A stretch of DNA of 64,000 nucleotides, taken from positions 105,829 to 169,828 of the forward strand of contig CAYUUT010000001.1 of NCBI GenBank assembly GCA_964448095.1. Reading direction: 5' to 3'. This document shows, piece after piece, positions 27,601 to 36,921 of the stretch (its first letter is position 1; each line of letters begins with the position of its first letter). This DNA is from an uncultured Candidatus Saccharibacteria bacterium (GTDB taxonomy: Bacteria; Patescibacteriota; Saccharimonadia; Saccharimonadales; UBA10212). The notes beneath the pieces were generated by a model, which was not told where the DNA came from, searched no databases, and saw only the letters and a program-made list of their open reading frames with translations. The position numbers and the translations under genes are program-made.

Positions 27601-29559
27601 TTACAATTTAGCTTTAACCTCTTCTATAAGATCACGGAGCTCGGCGGCTTTTTCGAATTCCAGGTTGGCCGCCGCCAAATCCATTTGTGAAGTTAAATCA
27701 CGTATAAGATAACTATATTCTTCTCTGGGAATCTTTTTGAGATCCAATTTGGGCTTATCTGACTTTTCTGAGCGCGGCAGCATCTGGTCTACGGCACGGC
27801 TAATGCTGCGCGGTTTAATTTTATGGTCTTTGTTGTACTTCTCCTGGATTTGGCGACGGCGGTTAGTCTCGTCAATTGTCCGCTGCATGCTGCCGGTGAC
27901 GCGGTCAGCATACATTATTACGTGGCCCTCCAGATGGCGGGCCGCCCGCCCAACCGTTTGAATCAGTGCCTGCTGACTGCGCAAAAAGCCTTCTTTATCG
28001 GCGTCCAGAATCGCCACTAGGCTAACTTCCGGCAAGTCCAAGCCTTCGCGCAACAGGTTAATTCCGACTAGCACGTCATAAACCCCCAGGCGCAAATCGC
28101 GCAGAATATCTGTTCGCTCCAGTGTGTCGACTTCACTATGCAGATAAGCCACCTTCAACTTGAGCTCCTGCAGGTACTCCGCCAGGTCTTCGCTCATGCG
28201 TTTAGTCAGGGTTGTCACCAGAACCCGCTGGCCCTTACTGACGGTGTCACGGATTTCGGCAATCAGGTCATCGATTTGGCCCTCAATCGGCCGGACTTCA
28301 ATCGGCGGATCCAGCAGGCCGGTGGGACGAATAACCTGCTGCACCGGCTCCGGACTATGTGTTAGTTCATATTCGGCCGGGGTGGCGCTGACGTAGATTG
28401 TCTGGTTCATGTGCCTTTCAAATTCCGTAAATGTCAGCGGTCGGTTATCGAGAGCGCTGGGCAGCCTAAAGCCGTGCTCGACTAATACTTCTTTACGCGA
28501 GCGGTCGCCGTGATACATACCCCTCACTTGGGGAATACTCATATGCGACTCGTCGATTATTAATAGGTAGTCGTCCGGAAAGTAATCCATGAGCGTGGCC
28601 GGCTGCTCGCCCTCTTCGCGGTTGGTCAGGTAACGGCTGTAGTTTTCAATGCCTTTAACAAAGCCGGTTTGCTCTAACATTTCCAGGTCGAACTTGACGC
28701 GCTGCTCGAGGCGCTGCGCTTCTAGCAATTTACCTTGATCCTTAAACCACTTTCCGCGTTCCTCAGCCTCATCGCGAATTTTGCCAAGCGCGGCTTTGAG
28801 CTTTTCCTCCGGCGTCACGTAGTGGCTCCCTGGAAAAATACTTAACACGTCAAGTAATTTTTCAACTTCGCCGGTAAGCGGATTAATTTGTTGCATGCGC
28901 TCAATTTCGTCGCCAAAAAACTCAATGCGGTAAGCGGTCTCTTCGCCAGCCGGAAAAACATCTACTACGTCTCCTCTGACCCGGAAATTGCCGCGCTCAA
29001 AGGCCATATCATTGCGGCGGTACTGGATGTCGGTCAACTGGCGCAGCAGTTTGTCCCGAACCCGCCGTTCGCCTTTTTTGAGCCGCACCGCCATATTGTC
29101 GTAATCCTCCACCGAACCAATGCCGTAGATACAGGACACGCTGGCAACAATAATTACGTCCTTGCGCGAAAGCAGCGCCGCTGTGGCAGCGTGGCGCAGC
29201 CGGTCAATCTCCTCATTAATATCACTGTCTTTCTCTATATAGGTATCGCTGCGCGGCACGTAGGCTTCGGGCTGATAGTAATCAAAATAGCTGACAAAAT
29301 AATGCACGGCGTTATCCGGAAAGAATAGCCTGAACTCGTTATAAAGTTGGGCGGCTAGGGTTTTGTTGTGGCTTAGGACCAGCGTGGTCTTTTGGGTGTT
29401 TTGAATTAAATTGGCCATGGTAAAAGTTTTGCCAGAGCCAGTCACGCCCAAAAGCGTTTGGTTTTTGGCGCCCTTCTGTAAACCCTCCGTCAATGCGGCA
29501 ATTGCCCGTGGCTGGTCGCCAGTGGGCTGATAATCACTCTTTAGATGGAATTTAGCCAT
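27601..29559 (-). CDS. uvrB: Excinuclease ABC subunit B
   Basis: Walker [11 protein letters not shown], helicase motifs and a C-terminal UVR domain ([19 protein letters not shown]). Confidence 0.95.
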   Translation of the reverse strand: MAKFHLKSDYQPTGDQPRAIAALTEGLQKGAKNQTLLGVTGSGKTFTMANLIQNTQKTTLVLSHNKTLAAQLYNEFRLFFPDNAVHYFVSYFDYYQPEAYVPRSDTYIEKDSDINEEIDRLRHAATAALLSRKDVIIVASVSCIYGIGSVEDYDNMAVRLKKGERRVRDKLLRQLTDIQYRRNDMAFERGNFRVRGDVVDVFPAGEETAYRIEFFGDEIERMQQINPLTGEVEKLLDVLSIFPGSHYVTPEEKLKAALGKIRDEAEERGKWFKDQGKLLEAQRLEQRVKFDLEMLEQTGFVKGIENYSRYLTNREEGEQPATLMDYFPDDYLLIIDESHMSIPQVRGMYHGDRSRKEVLVEHGFRLPSALDNRPLTFTEFERHMNQTIYVSATPAEYELTHSPEPVQQVIRPTGLLDPPIEVRPIEGQIDDLIAEIRDTVSKGQRVLVTTLTKRMSEDLAEYLQELKLKVAYLHSEVDTLERTDILRDLRLGVYDVLVGINLLREGLDLPEVSLVAILDADKEGFLRSQQALIQTVGRAARHLEGHVIMYADRVTGSMQRTIDETNRRRQIQEKYNKDHKIKPRSISRAVDQMLPRSEKSDKPKLDLKKIPREEYSYLIRDLTSQMDLAAANLEFEKAAELRDLIEEVKAKL

Positions 29560-29596
29560 CCTTTAATTGTAAGGTCTAGAGGCTAATTTGGTCTAT

Positions 29597-30274
29597 CTAT
29601 TCAATGTTGTAAACAACTAACTGCCCCTTGTCGTTGCCACAAAGAGGAGCGGTCGTATTGGTGTCGGTATTGGCCGTAAGAATTTCTGAAGGCACACGAT
29701 ACTGCTGGAGATTTAAGCAACTTGCCAAGTCCCACACGACACTGCCATTCTTAGCGCCCACAGAACTTGTACTAATGGATACCCAGCCGCCGTTAGACTT
29801 TGCTAAAAGTAGCCCGCCAGCGCCCTCTCCGCCGCATGTGTAAATAAGGTTAAAGTATTGGGCATCTTTAGTCATGTTAATTTCCGTCAAATTGTCTGAA
29901 CTAAAGCTAGCACCTGGAGCGCAATTAGCGCTCCAGGCCATCCGTACTGCTTCCTGCAAATCAGCAGGCAGATCCTGCCAATCAGTTTTAACGGTGTTGT
30001 TTTCTATTATGGGGAGTTTTTGATAACTACCCGAAAGCGTTACACAATAATAGTCGCTGCCAACTAATTTAGTACTTGAACATACCGTACCGTTTTTGGC
30101 AACAACAGAGCTAACTATAGGAGTACTTTGGCTAGCTTGAGAAGAGTTTGAGGTCGCCTTAGCTTTGTGTTGGTTGTGCCAAACAGCGTAGCCGGCCAAG
30201 CCTACCACCGCCAGGATTAGAATTACTAGAAGTGTTTCAACGAGTCCAAAACCTTTTTGTTTTTGGTTTTTCAT
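29597..30274 (-). CDS. Type IV pilin-like protein (prepilin N-terminal methylation domain)
   Basis: KGFGLVETLLVILILAVVGLAGYAV, a class III signal motif (G/F-x-L-V-E). Cysteines in the C-terminal half. Confidence 0.7.
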   Translation of the reverse strand: MKNQKQKGFGLVETLLVILILAVVGLAGYAVWHNQHKAKATSNSSQASQSTPIVSSVVAKNGTVCSSTKLVGSDYYCVTLSGSYQKLPIIENNTVKTDWQDLPADLQEAVRMAWSANCAPGASFSSDNLTEINMTKDAQYFNLIYTCGGEGAGGLLLAKSNGGWVSISTSSVGAKNGSVVWDLASCLNLQQYRVPSEILTANTDTNTTAPLCGNDKGQLVVYNIE

Positions 30275-30295
30275 AAGTTGATAATACGCTTAGGC

Positions 30296-30871
30296 TTAGT
30301 TGTTGTAAATCTCGCGGTACGGGGCGTGGATTTTGTCTAGAATTTTGGTGAGCTTTTCTATCAATACGTCCGGGTCCTTTTCAAAGATAATTAAATCCGG
30401 GTCGGTGTTGGGTAGCATCTCCATTAGTTTCTCTATCTGTTCACTAATACCGCCGGCGCCTTCTAGGATGCCGATGGGCGTGTGCGTTTCCATAGCTACG
30501 GTGAATTCGTGCAATGTACCGAGCCGGCCGCCGATGCTGACCACAGCATCGGCGGAGTTAACCAGCAGCGCGTCGCGGCCGCTGTAGTGCAGCCCAGTAA
30601 AAAGAATGACGTCATAATCTCTGGTTGGCAGCCGGTATTTTAGGACGTGCTCAACCTTAGTTGAGGCTGGGCTAATGCCCAGGCTCATTTTGCCGCCGGC
30701 TTTTTTATAACCCTCAGCAGCCGTGTTAGGTAGTCCGGTAGTCGCTCCGGTCATTAGACTGTGACCAGCCTTGGCCAGCGCCGCACCCACTTGCAGCGCT
30801 AGTTCCCGTCCTTGCTCTACAGATTCACCTCTGGCGGCGCCGGAAACACAAATCTGATACTTAGAACTCAT
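30296..30871 (-). CDS. LOG-family / TIGR00725-like Rossmann-fold protein (putative nucleotide 5'-monophosphate phosphoribohydrolase)
   Basis: ICVSGAARGE...GHSLMTGATTG...SGRDALLVNSADAVVSIGGRLGTLHEF matches the LOG/SLOG signature. The track start at 30889 would overlap the upstream gene by 29 nt; the ATG at 30871 (MSSKYQICVSG) is likelier. Confidence 0.6.
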   Translation of the reverse strand: MSSKYQICVSGAARGESVEQGRELALQVGAALAKAGHSLMTGATTGLPNTAAEGYKKAGGKMSLGISPASTKVEHVLKYRLPTRDYDVILFTGLHYSGRDALLVNSADAVVSIGGRLGTLHEFTVAMETHTPIGILEGAGGISEQIEKLMEMLPNTDPDLIIFEKDPDVLIEKLTKILDKIHAPYREIYNN

Positions 30872-31916
30872 TGGCAATGGCCTCGGCATACTCTACAGCA
30901 AGATTCTTGGGCATCGACTGCCTGACGGTGGTCGCGGCCACATTTTCAGCACTGGCTAGCGACTCTTCAAGCTGCTCGGTTTGTTTTTGGTAACGGCCTG
31001 ATAATTCCCCCCACAGAGAAGTCTGAGCGGCGTTAGCTGTTCGTTCTTTAAAAGCCGACTGCTTCAGATGATCAATGGAAATGTCTTTATAATTTAACGA
31101 CACCGCTTCGCCGGCGCAGTTGGCCACCAGTGTTTTGGCTTGTTCCCACCACGATAAAGCCGGGTTGATATTGGCAATCGTACCGGCAGCTTGGGAGTGG
31201 GTCAAACTCTCTAGTCCGTCTAAAAACATCAGGCATAGAGTCAAGACCGGGGCATTTTGCCGGGCGGACTCCGGGCTTATGGCTACAGCGCCAATCAAGC
31301 TATTCGAGATAGGATACTGAATTTTAGTTGCTGGCAAGAATTTGTTCTGGATAATCACCACCTCTGGAGCACGCATTTCATAGTTAGTGCTTGGCAGCTG
31401 TGAGACGCTTTTCCCAAAGGCTCGAAGCCAACTCGCCGATTCGAAAAATGGCAGCGCTAAATAAATTTCGGCGATATTCTCACGCTTTACAAGTGAGTCT
31501 ACCGAACGATAATGAAGCTGTTTCATCAGTTTCTTGGGGATTTGTTCGTGCATAATCTTCTTAGCGACGTTGGTTTTTAGAACCCAGATGTCATCGGTTT
31601 GGACAAGCGCCGCGACCAGTTTAACCGCTTGGGATAGTCGTTTATCGGCCGACGCACTTGGGTCAATGCCCAGCGCCTTGTCTAAAAGCAACCCATCCTT
31701 AGTAAATTTTGCCAAGAGCGCCTGATAAAGTTCTTCACCGGTGGTATCATCGGGATCCAATCCTAAATCTGACAGCTTGCGGCGTACCGCTTGGCCGGTT
31801 TCCGCCAGCAAGCGTACGTCTTCGCTAGGGCTGCCGTTTAGCTTTTCTAGCTTGGTAACTGCCCTTGTTACCAGCCGCTCCGGCTGGTTTAAGAGTTTTG
31901 CCAGGCTCTGGGACAT
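30861..31916 (-). CDS. Hypothetical protein, 351 aa, no family recognised; translationally coupled to pfkB upstream and the LOG gene downstream
   Basis: Long ORF with an ATG start. Its stop overlaps the LOG gene start, and its start abuts the pfkB stop. Confidence 0.5.
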   Translation of the reverse strand: MSQSLAKLLNQPERLVTRAVTKLEKLNGSPSEDVRLLAETGQAVRRKLSDLGLDPDDTTGEELYQALLAKFTKDGLLLDKALGIDPSASADKRLSQAVKLVAALVQTDDIWVLKTNVAKKIMHEQIPKKLMKQLHYRSVDSLVKRENIAEIYLALPFFESASWLRAFGKSVSQLPSTNYEMRAPEVVIIQNKFLPATKIQYPISNSLIGAVAISPESARQNAPVLTLCLMFLDGLESLTHSQAAGTIANINPALSWWEQAKTLVANCAGEAVSLNYKDISIDHLKQSAFKERTANAAQTSLWGELSGRYQKQTEQLEESLASAENVAATTVRQSMPKNLAVEYAEAIANEF

Positions 31917-32924
31917 CTAGCGCAACCTTTCGGGGTGATAAGACGCTGGCGCTTCCCGCAGGAACTTATTTATTCCTCGGGGAGTGAGCAGGCCGGCTTG
32001 GGCGCCGACTTCCTGTACCACGCTCATAGAATTAATCGGCGCCCACAACAGCGCGCTCTGAATATCGGCGCCGTGCATAATAGCCGCCACGAACGTGGAA
32101 GTAAAAGCGTCGCCGGCGCCGGTGCGCTCGTACGGCGGCTTAGGGTCGGGATAAATCGGCATCCGATAACGACTCTGACCGTCACTGGCATAAGCGCCGG
32201 CGTGGCCGTCGCTAATTACCACAATCCGCGGACCTAAACCATGCAAGCGGTCTAGTAAATCGTGGATATCCCCGTGATCGCCACCGGAGATCGTGGTGGC
32301 CTCTTCGCGATTGACGGCTAGAATTTCACTCCTTTTATATATACTGGCCAACCGGTGCACGCCAGCTTCAATCTGAAATGTCCCGGGCTGAAAAGCCAGT
32401 TTTACCGGCGGGTGGGCTTCCAGCCACGCCGCCAACTCATCGTGATATTCCATAGCGTGCTTACTGATAGAACTGAAGTAAACCCATTTGGGGATATCAA
32501 CTACTCTGAATCGTGGCCAGTGGTAATCATACTCTTCGTGCTTAATCAAAATTGTGCGCTCAGCTTTGTACCACAGAACGTAGTGGTAATTGCTGATTTT
32601 GCCGGTGTTGATGTGCACAAAACGGTTATCTACACCCGATTTTTCCAGTGTACTAATAATTTCCCGGCCGTAGTAATCACTGCCCACGTTTGCTACTAGA
32701 CCCGAGTTGAAGCCCAGTTTCGCGAATGCCACGGAGGCATTGGCGGCATTACCAACACCCGGAATTACCTGAGCAAAATCAAACGGCAGCTTAGTGCCAA
32801 AAGGCAGCGCCAGCCAGTTCCCGTCTGGCCGTTTTTCTACGCGCTCACTTTCATCGAACAGCTTAATAAAAGCATCTGTAACAACATCGCCCACGCTTAG
32901 TACATCTAGCTGTTTTTGTGCCAT
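31917..32924 (-). CDS. PfkB-family carbohydrate/nucleoside kinase (ribokinase-like fold)
   Basis: N-terminal GDVVTDAF and the C-terminal PfkB signature GAGDAFTSTFVAAIMHG. Confidence 0.8.
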   Translation of the reverse strand: MAQKQLDVLSVGDVVTDAFIKLFDESERVEKRPDGNWLALPFGTKLPFDFAQVIPGVGNAANASVAFAKLGFNSGLVANVGSDYYGREIISTLEKSGVDNRFVHINTGKISNYHYVLWYKAERTILIKHEEYDYHWPRFRVVDIPKWVYFSSISKHAMEYHDELAAWLEAHPPVKLAFQPGTFQIEAGVHRLASIYKRSEILAVNREEATTISGGDHGDIHDLLDRLHGLGPRIVVISDGHAGAYASDGQSRYRMPIYPDPKPPYERTGAGDAFTSTFVAAIMHGADIQSALLWAPINSMSVVQEVGAQAGLLTPRGINKFLREAPASYHPERLR

Positions 32925-32959
32925 AGCTCTTACGCTAATTTTAGCATAAATACCAGGGA

Positions 32960-33871
32960 TTAAGGCTGAGCTTTTCCAGAAGAATTAAAGTTATCAAGTT
33001 TGGACTCTACGACTTTTTGTACCGCGTCGATGACTGTACCCATCAGCTTGACTACGGCGTACTCTTCTTTATTCTCAGCCAGCACCTTCTCTAGAGTGTC
33101 ACGGTAAGCCATACGCATATCGCTGTTAATGTTTATCTTGGTCACACCGATTTTGACGGCCTCAATGAAGTAGTGGCCGGGAGTATCGCTGCCGCCGTGC
33201 AGCGATATATTGCAATCAATGGCCTGACGGATGCGTTGCAGCAATTCCAAGTCCAGGACTTTTGGCACCGGGTAGTGGCCATGGAGGTTGCCTACGGCCG
33301 CGGCGAAAGTATCGATGCCGGTGGCATCGACAAAGGCTTTGGCGCCTTCCGGCGTGGAGAAGGTTTTTTTAATTTCATCGTAATTTATATCTTCGGTGTG
33401 CACGTTACTGCTACCGCCAAAGTAATGTGGTTCGGCTTCCACCAACGCGCCGGTGAATTTAGCCGCCTGGACTACTTCTTTAGTTTTGGCGATAATTTCT
33501 TCGTCTGTGGCATCGTGGTTGGCCTGAGAGATATCGATGTGGATACATTCAAAACCGGCTTCAATACCGGCAATCGCATCCTCTACCGTCGGGCTGTGGT
33601 CCAGGTTGATGTACATCTCCAGGCCGTACTGATACTTGTAGTTGTCTACCAAATCGCGAATATTATCCAGGCCCAGAGCGTCTACCTCGCCTTTGCTGAC
33701 TTCCACCAGCACCGGAGCTTTTTTGGCGGCCGCGGCTTTAGCTACAGCAACCAGGGTCTCCTGGTTATCCAGATTAAAGGCGCCAAGGGCGAAATGTTCG
33801 GCCCGGGCCCGGGCAAAAGCGCCTCTGGCCAACTGGCAATTTTTTCTGATTTGGTTGAGGGTAACTGGCAT
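32960..33871 (-). CDS. fba: Class II fructose-bisphosphate (or tagatose-bisphosphate) aldolase
   Basis: GAFN..N.E metal-binding region, INLDHS and HGGS motifs. Confidence 0.85.
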   Translation of the reverse strand: MPVTLNQIRKNCQLARGAFARARAEHFALGAFNLDNQETLVAVAKAAAAKKAPVLVEVSKGEVDALGLDNIRDLVDNYKYQYGLEMYINLDHSPTVEDAIAGIEAGFECIHIDISQANHDATDEEIIAKTKEVVQAAKFTGALVEAEPHYFGGSSNVHTEDINYDEIKKTFSTPEGAKAFVDATGIDTFAAAVGNLHGHYPVPKVLDLELLQRIRQAIDCNISLHGGSDTPGHYFIEAVKIGVTKININSDMRMAYRDTLEKVLAENKEEYAVVKLMGTVIDAVQKVVESKLDNFNSSGKAQP

Positions 33872-33879
33872 AGTTTTCC

Positions 33880-34860
33880 TTAATGCTTATGTTTTGAGTG
33901 GTCAGATAAAAGGTGGTTGGCGGCCATGGCGATGTGATTGCCGTCTAGGCCAAAGTGCTTTATCAGTTCGGCTGGTTGGCCGGACTCGCCAAAGCGGTCA
34001 CGCATGCCAATGCGTAGCATTGGCGTCGGTAGGTTTTCTGCTAACAGCTCGGCTATGGCTCCGCCCAAGCCACCGTTTATCTGGCCTTCTTCGGCAGTAA
34101 TAACATGCCTGGTTCGGGCGGCGCTAGCCAAAATTGTCTCGCCATCCAGCGGTTTGATAGTCGGCACATGTACGACTTCGGTATAAATACCGGACTTTAC
34201 TAGCTGCCTGGCAGCCATCATCGCCTGATAAGTCATGGTGCCGGTGGCGGCTATAGTCACATCCGCACCGCGCCTAAAAATATAAGCCTTGCCGATCTCG
34301 AATGGAGTTTGTTCGGTAGTGATAACGGGGGTATCGGCACGCGATAAACGCATATAATTAGGCCGGCTATCCGCAACCATGGCGGCAGTTGCTTTAGCGG
34401 CCTCGATACTGTCGCACGGCGAAATAACTACCATATTCGGCAGCGCCCGCATCAACGTGATATCTTCCAACATCTGATGGGTAGCGCCATCCGGACCAAC
34501 GCTTACGCCGGCATGTGAGCCAATGATCTTAACCGGACGGTCATTCAAACAAATAGTGGTGCGGATTTGTTCCCAATTACGTCCGGGGCTGAAAGCGGCA
34601 TAGCTGCTGACAAACGGGATTTTACCCATGGCGGCCAGGCCAGCGCCAACCGTAACCAGGTTTTGCTCGGCCACGCCAATCTCTACAAAACGCTCCGGGA
34701 AGGCCTCAGCGAACAAATACATTTGCGTTGATTCGGTCAAGTCGGCACAAACCGCTACCACATTTTCCCAACGTTTACCGGCCTCCAGCAGCCCGCGGCC
34801 AAAGCCTTTGCGCATCGATTCCTGAGTTAGCGCCGTACTCACCAAACTTATCTCACTCAT
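33880..34860 (-). CDS. tktB: Transketolase, C-terminal subunit (pyrimidine-binding + C-terminal domains)
   Basis: Tkt Pyr-domain motifs (RKGFGRGLLEAG, DLTEST, GVAEQNLV). The track start at 34908 overlaps the upstream subunit by 56 nt. The ATG at 34860 (MSEISLV) gives the classic ATGAGTGA coupling overlap. Confidence 0.85.
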   Translation of the reverse strand: MSEISLVSTALTQESMRKGFGRGLLEAGKRWENVVAVCADLTESTQMYLFAEAFPERFVEIGVAEQNLVTVGAGLAAMGKIPFVSSYAAFSPGRNWEQIRTTICLNDRPVKIIGSHAGVSVGPDGATHQMLEDITLMRALPNMVVISPCDSIEAAKATAAMVADSRPNYMRLSRADTPVITTEQTPFEIGKAYIFRRGADVTIAATGTMTYQAMMAARQLVKSGIYTEVVHVPTIKPLDGETILASAARTRHVITAEEGQINGGLGGAIAELLAENLPTPMLRIGMRDRFGESGQPAELIKHFGLDGNHIAMAANHLLSDHSKHKH

Positions 34861-35746
34861 GTTCGCTCCGGATTTTACCGCCCAGAGTCCTGAGTTCGCG
34901 GAGCGCATCTTTCGGAACGTCTTTTATATCGGGACCGCCCGGATTCTGCACAAAGTAGCCATGCCAGTGAAAATCGTATTCCATAAAGTCCACGCCTTTA
35001 CCCGGCACAGTATGGGCAATAATCATCACCGGTTTTTCCACGATGGCTTTGGCCATGGCGCAGGCGTCGATTACAGCGTCGATGTCATTGCCGTCAATCT
35101 CCAGTACGTGCCACCCAAAGGCTTCCCATTTATCGCGCAGATTCTCCAGCGGCATGATAGTTTCGGTCGGACCGTCAATCTGGATGTTATTCCTATCTGT
35201 TATAGCGATGATGTTATTGAGCTTGTATTTGCCGGCCAACATCGCCGCCTCCCAGACATTGCCCTCGTCTTGCTCACCATCACCCACGGTTACATATACC
35301 CAGCGGGTGTGCACCTTATCCATGCGCATGGCCAAGGCAATGCCACAGGCCTGACTGAGGCCACTACCCAGCGGGCCGCTGGTCGTTTCCAACCCGGGCA
35401 ATCGCAGACGTTCCGGATGACCTTGCAACCGGCTGCCGAATTGGCGCAGCGTCATCAATTCTTTTTTAGGAAAATAGCCGGCCTCGGCCATAGCGGCATA
35501 GCGCACCGGCACGCAGTGGCCGTTGGACTGAATCAGAATGTCCCGTTCAGGCCAATCGGGGTTTTTGGGATCGTGCTTTAAGACCTGAAAATATAACGCT
35601 GTAAAAATATCTGCCTGTCCCAGTGGCCCAGCCGAATGTCCGCTGCCAGCCTGTTCCAGCATTTTAATAATATCCTCACGGATGTCGTTGGCCTTAATTT
35701 CCAGCTGTTTGAGCGAGTATTTTTTAGGGTCGGATTTTTTAACCAT
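34853..35746 (-). CDS. tktA: Transketolase, N-terminal subunit (thiamine diphosphate-binding)
   Basis: GHSAGPLGQADIF and the TPP-binding GDGEQDEGNVWEA motif. Split (archaeal-type) transketolase. Confidence 0.85.
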   Translation of the reverse strand: MVKKSDPKKYSLKQLEIKANDIREDIIKMLEQAGSGHSAGPLGQADIFTALYFQVLKHDPKNPDWPERDILIQSNGHCVPVRYAAMAEAGYFPKKELMTLRQFGSRLQGHPERLRLPGLETTSGPLGSGLSQACGIALAMRMDKVHTRWVYVTVGDGEQDEGNVWEAAMLAGKYKLNNIIAITDRNNIQIDGPTETIMPLENLRDKWEAFGWHVLEIDGNDIDAVIDACAMAKAIVEKPVMIIAHTVPGKGVDFMEYDFHWHGYFVQNPGGPDIKDVPKDALRELRTLGGKIRSEHE

Positions 35747-35764
35747 TACGCTTAAGATTATAAC

Positions 35765-36412
35765 CTAAGTAGTACCGGTTTCGTCGGCGATACGCTGCAG
35801 GCCATGAAAAGCTCGTGCCGGATCGTCGGCATTTTGGATATAGCCGCCGACATTCAAGACATCCACGCCGCCGTTAACCAGTTCGGCGACATTTTGGTCG
35901 TTGACACCTCCGTCCCAGCCAATTTCCAGCTGCGGCTGGTGCTGCTTCAAGAGTTTAACTTTTTCCAGCAAGCTAAAGTCGACATGGCTGCCGCCTTGGT
36001 ATCCCAGGTTACCGCTAAAGATTAGTACGTGCTCAACCAGTTCTAAGCCCGGCAATATTCTCTCCGCCGGAGTATCCTGGAGCAAAGCTAAACCCACCCG
36101 TACCTGGTGCTGGTGGCAAAGGTCGGCAATGGACTTAATGCTGCCCTCCGACTCGGCATGGACAATTATTAAGTTGGGTTGGTGTGGCAGAATGATCTTA
36201 ATCGCAGCTTCCGGATTTTTGTACATTAAATGAAAGTCGGCTCTGAAACCCACTGGCCACCAAGCCTGTTCCGGCAGGACAGTTTTTTCTTTGGTAAAAA
36301 TCCCGTCCGTTAGGTCAATCTGTAGCCGTTGAGCCAGATGAACTATCTTATCAATCTGGCTTTTATAGTCTTCCTCGCTATAAGCCGTAATCGTTGGACA
36401 GATGGTTGGCAT
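35765..36412 (-). CDS. rpe: Ribulose-phosphate 3-epimerase-like (divergent)
   Basis: ICPTITA, DLTDGIFT, FHLMY and IGWDGGVN align with the Rpe motifs IAPSILSAD, DVMDGHFVPN, DVHLMV and IEVDGGV. Lies between rpiB and tkt. Confidence 0.65.
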   Translation of the reverse strand: MPTICPTITAYSEEDYKSQIDKIVHLAQRLQIDLTDGIFTKEKTVLPEQAWWPVGFRADFHLMYKNPEAAIKIILPHQPNLIIVHAESEGSIKSIADLCHQHQVRVGLALLQDTPAERILPGLELVEHVLIFSGNLGYQGGSHVDFSLLEKVKLLKQHQPQLEIGWDGGVNDQNVAELVNGGVDVLNVGGYIQNADDPARAFHGLQRIADETGTT

Positions 36413-36906
36413 TAGGCCTCCTCGTCGAGTTTTTGGTCGCGGCGGCGGTGGCGCTCTTCATTAGAAAATGGTGTTTCCAGCCAAAGCTTTACAGCAAATT
36501 TCATATCTTCCAAAGATACAAAGCGCGCTGCCAGGCTGAGCATGTTGGCATCGTTATGCTGGCGGCTTAGTTTGATTATTTCGTAAGGGTTGTTGCTGGT
36601 GTGACCTTCGACGTCGATCACTTTGCGGGTGGATGCCGGTCCATAAAAAACCGCGCAGCGAGCGCCTTTAACGCGGTTGGCGGCCATAGCTTCGCCTTGG
36701 CCGCTGCCGCCCATGATCACACCCATTTCGCACTCACCGCCGGCCACGGCTTTAGCCGCTGGAATTATAAAGTCCGGATAGTCATCACTGGGTTGCAGGT
36801 TGCTGGGTCCGTAATTCCGGCACTCGTGACCGAGGTCTTCAAGATACTCCTGCAATTGTTTCAATTGCTCAAATCCGGCGTGGTCGGTGGCCAGGGCAAT
36901 TTTCAT
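36412..36906 (-). CDS. rpiB: Ribose-5-phosphate isomerase B
   Basis: MKIALATDHAGFE...IMGGSGQGEAMAANRV is the RpiB/LacAB signature. Confidence 0.85.
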   Translation of the reverse strand: MKIALATDHAGFEQLKQLQEYLEDLGHECRNYGPSNLQPSDDYPDFIIPAAKAVAGGECEMGVIMGGSGQGEAMAANRVKGARCAVFYGPASTRKVIDVEGHTSNNPYEIIKLSRQHNDANMLSLAARFVSLEDMKFAVKLWLETPFSNEERHRRRDQKLDEEA

Positions 36907-36921
36907 AGACTATTTCCAGAC

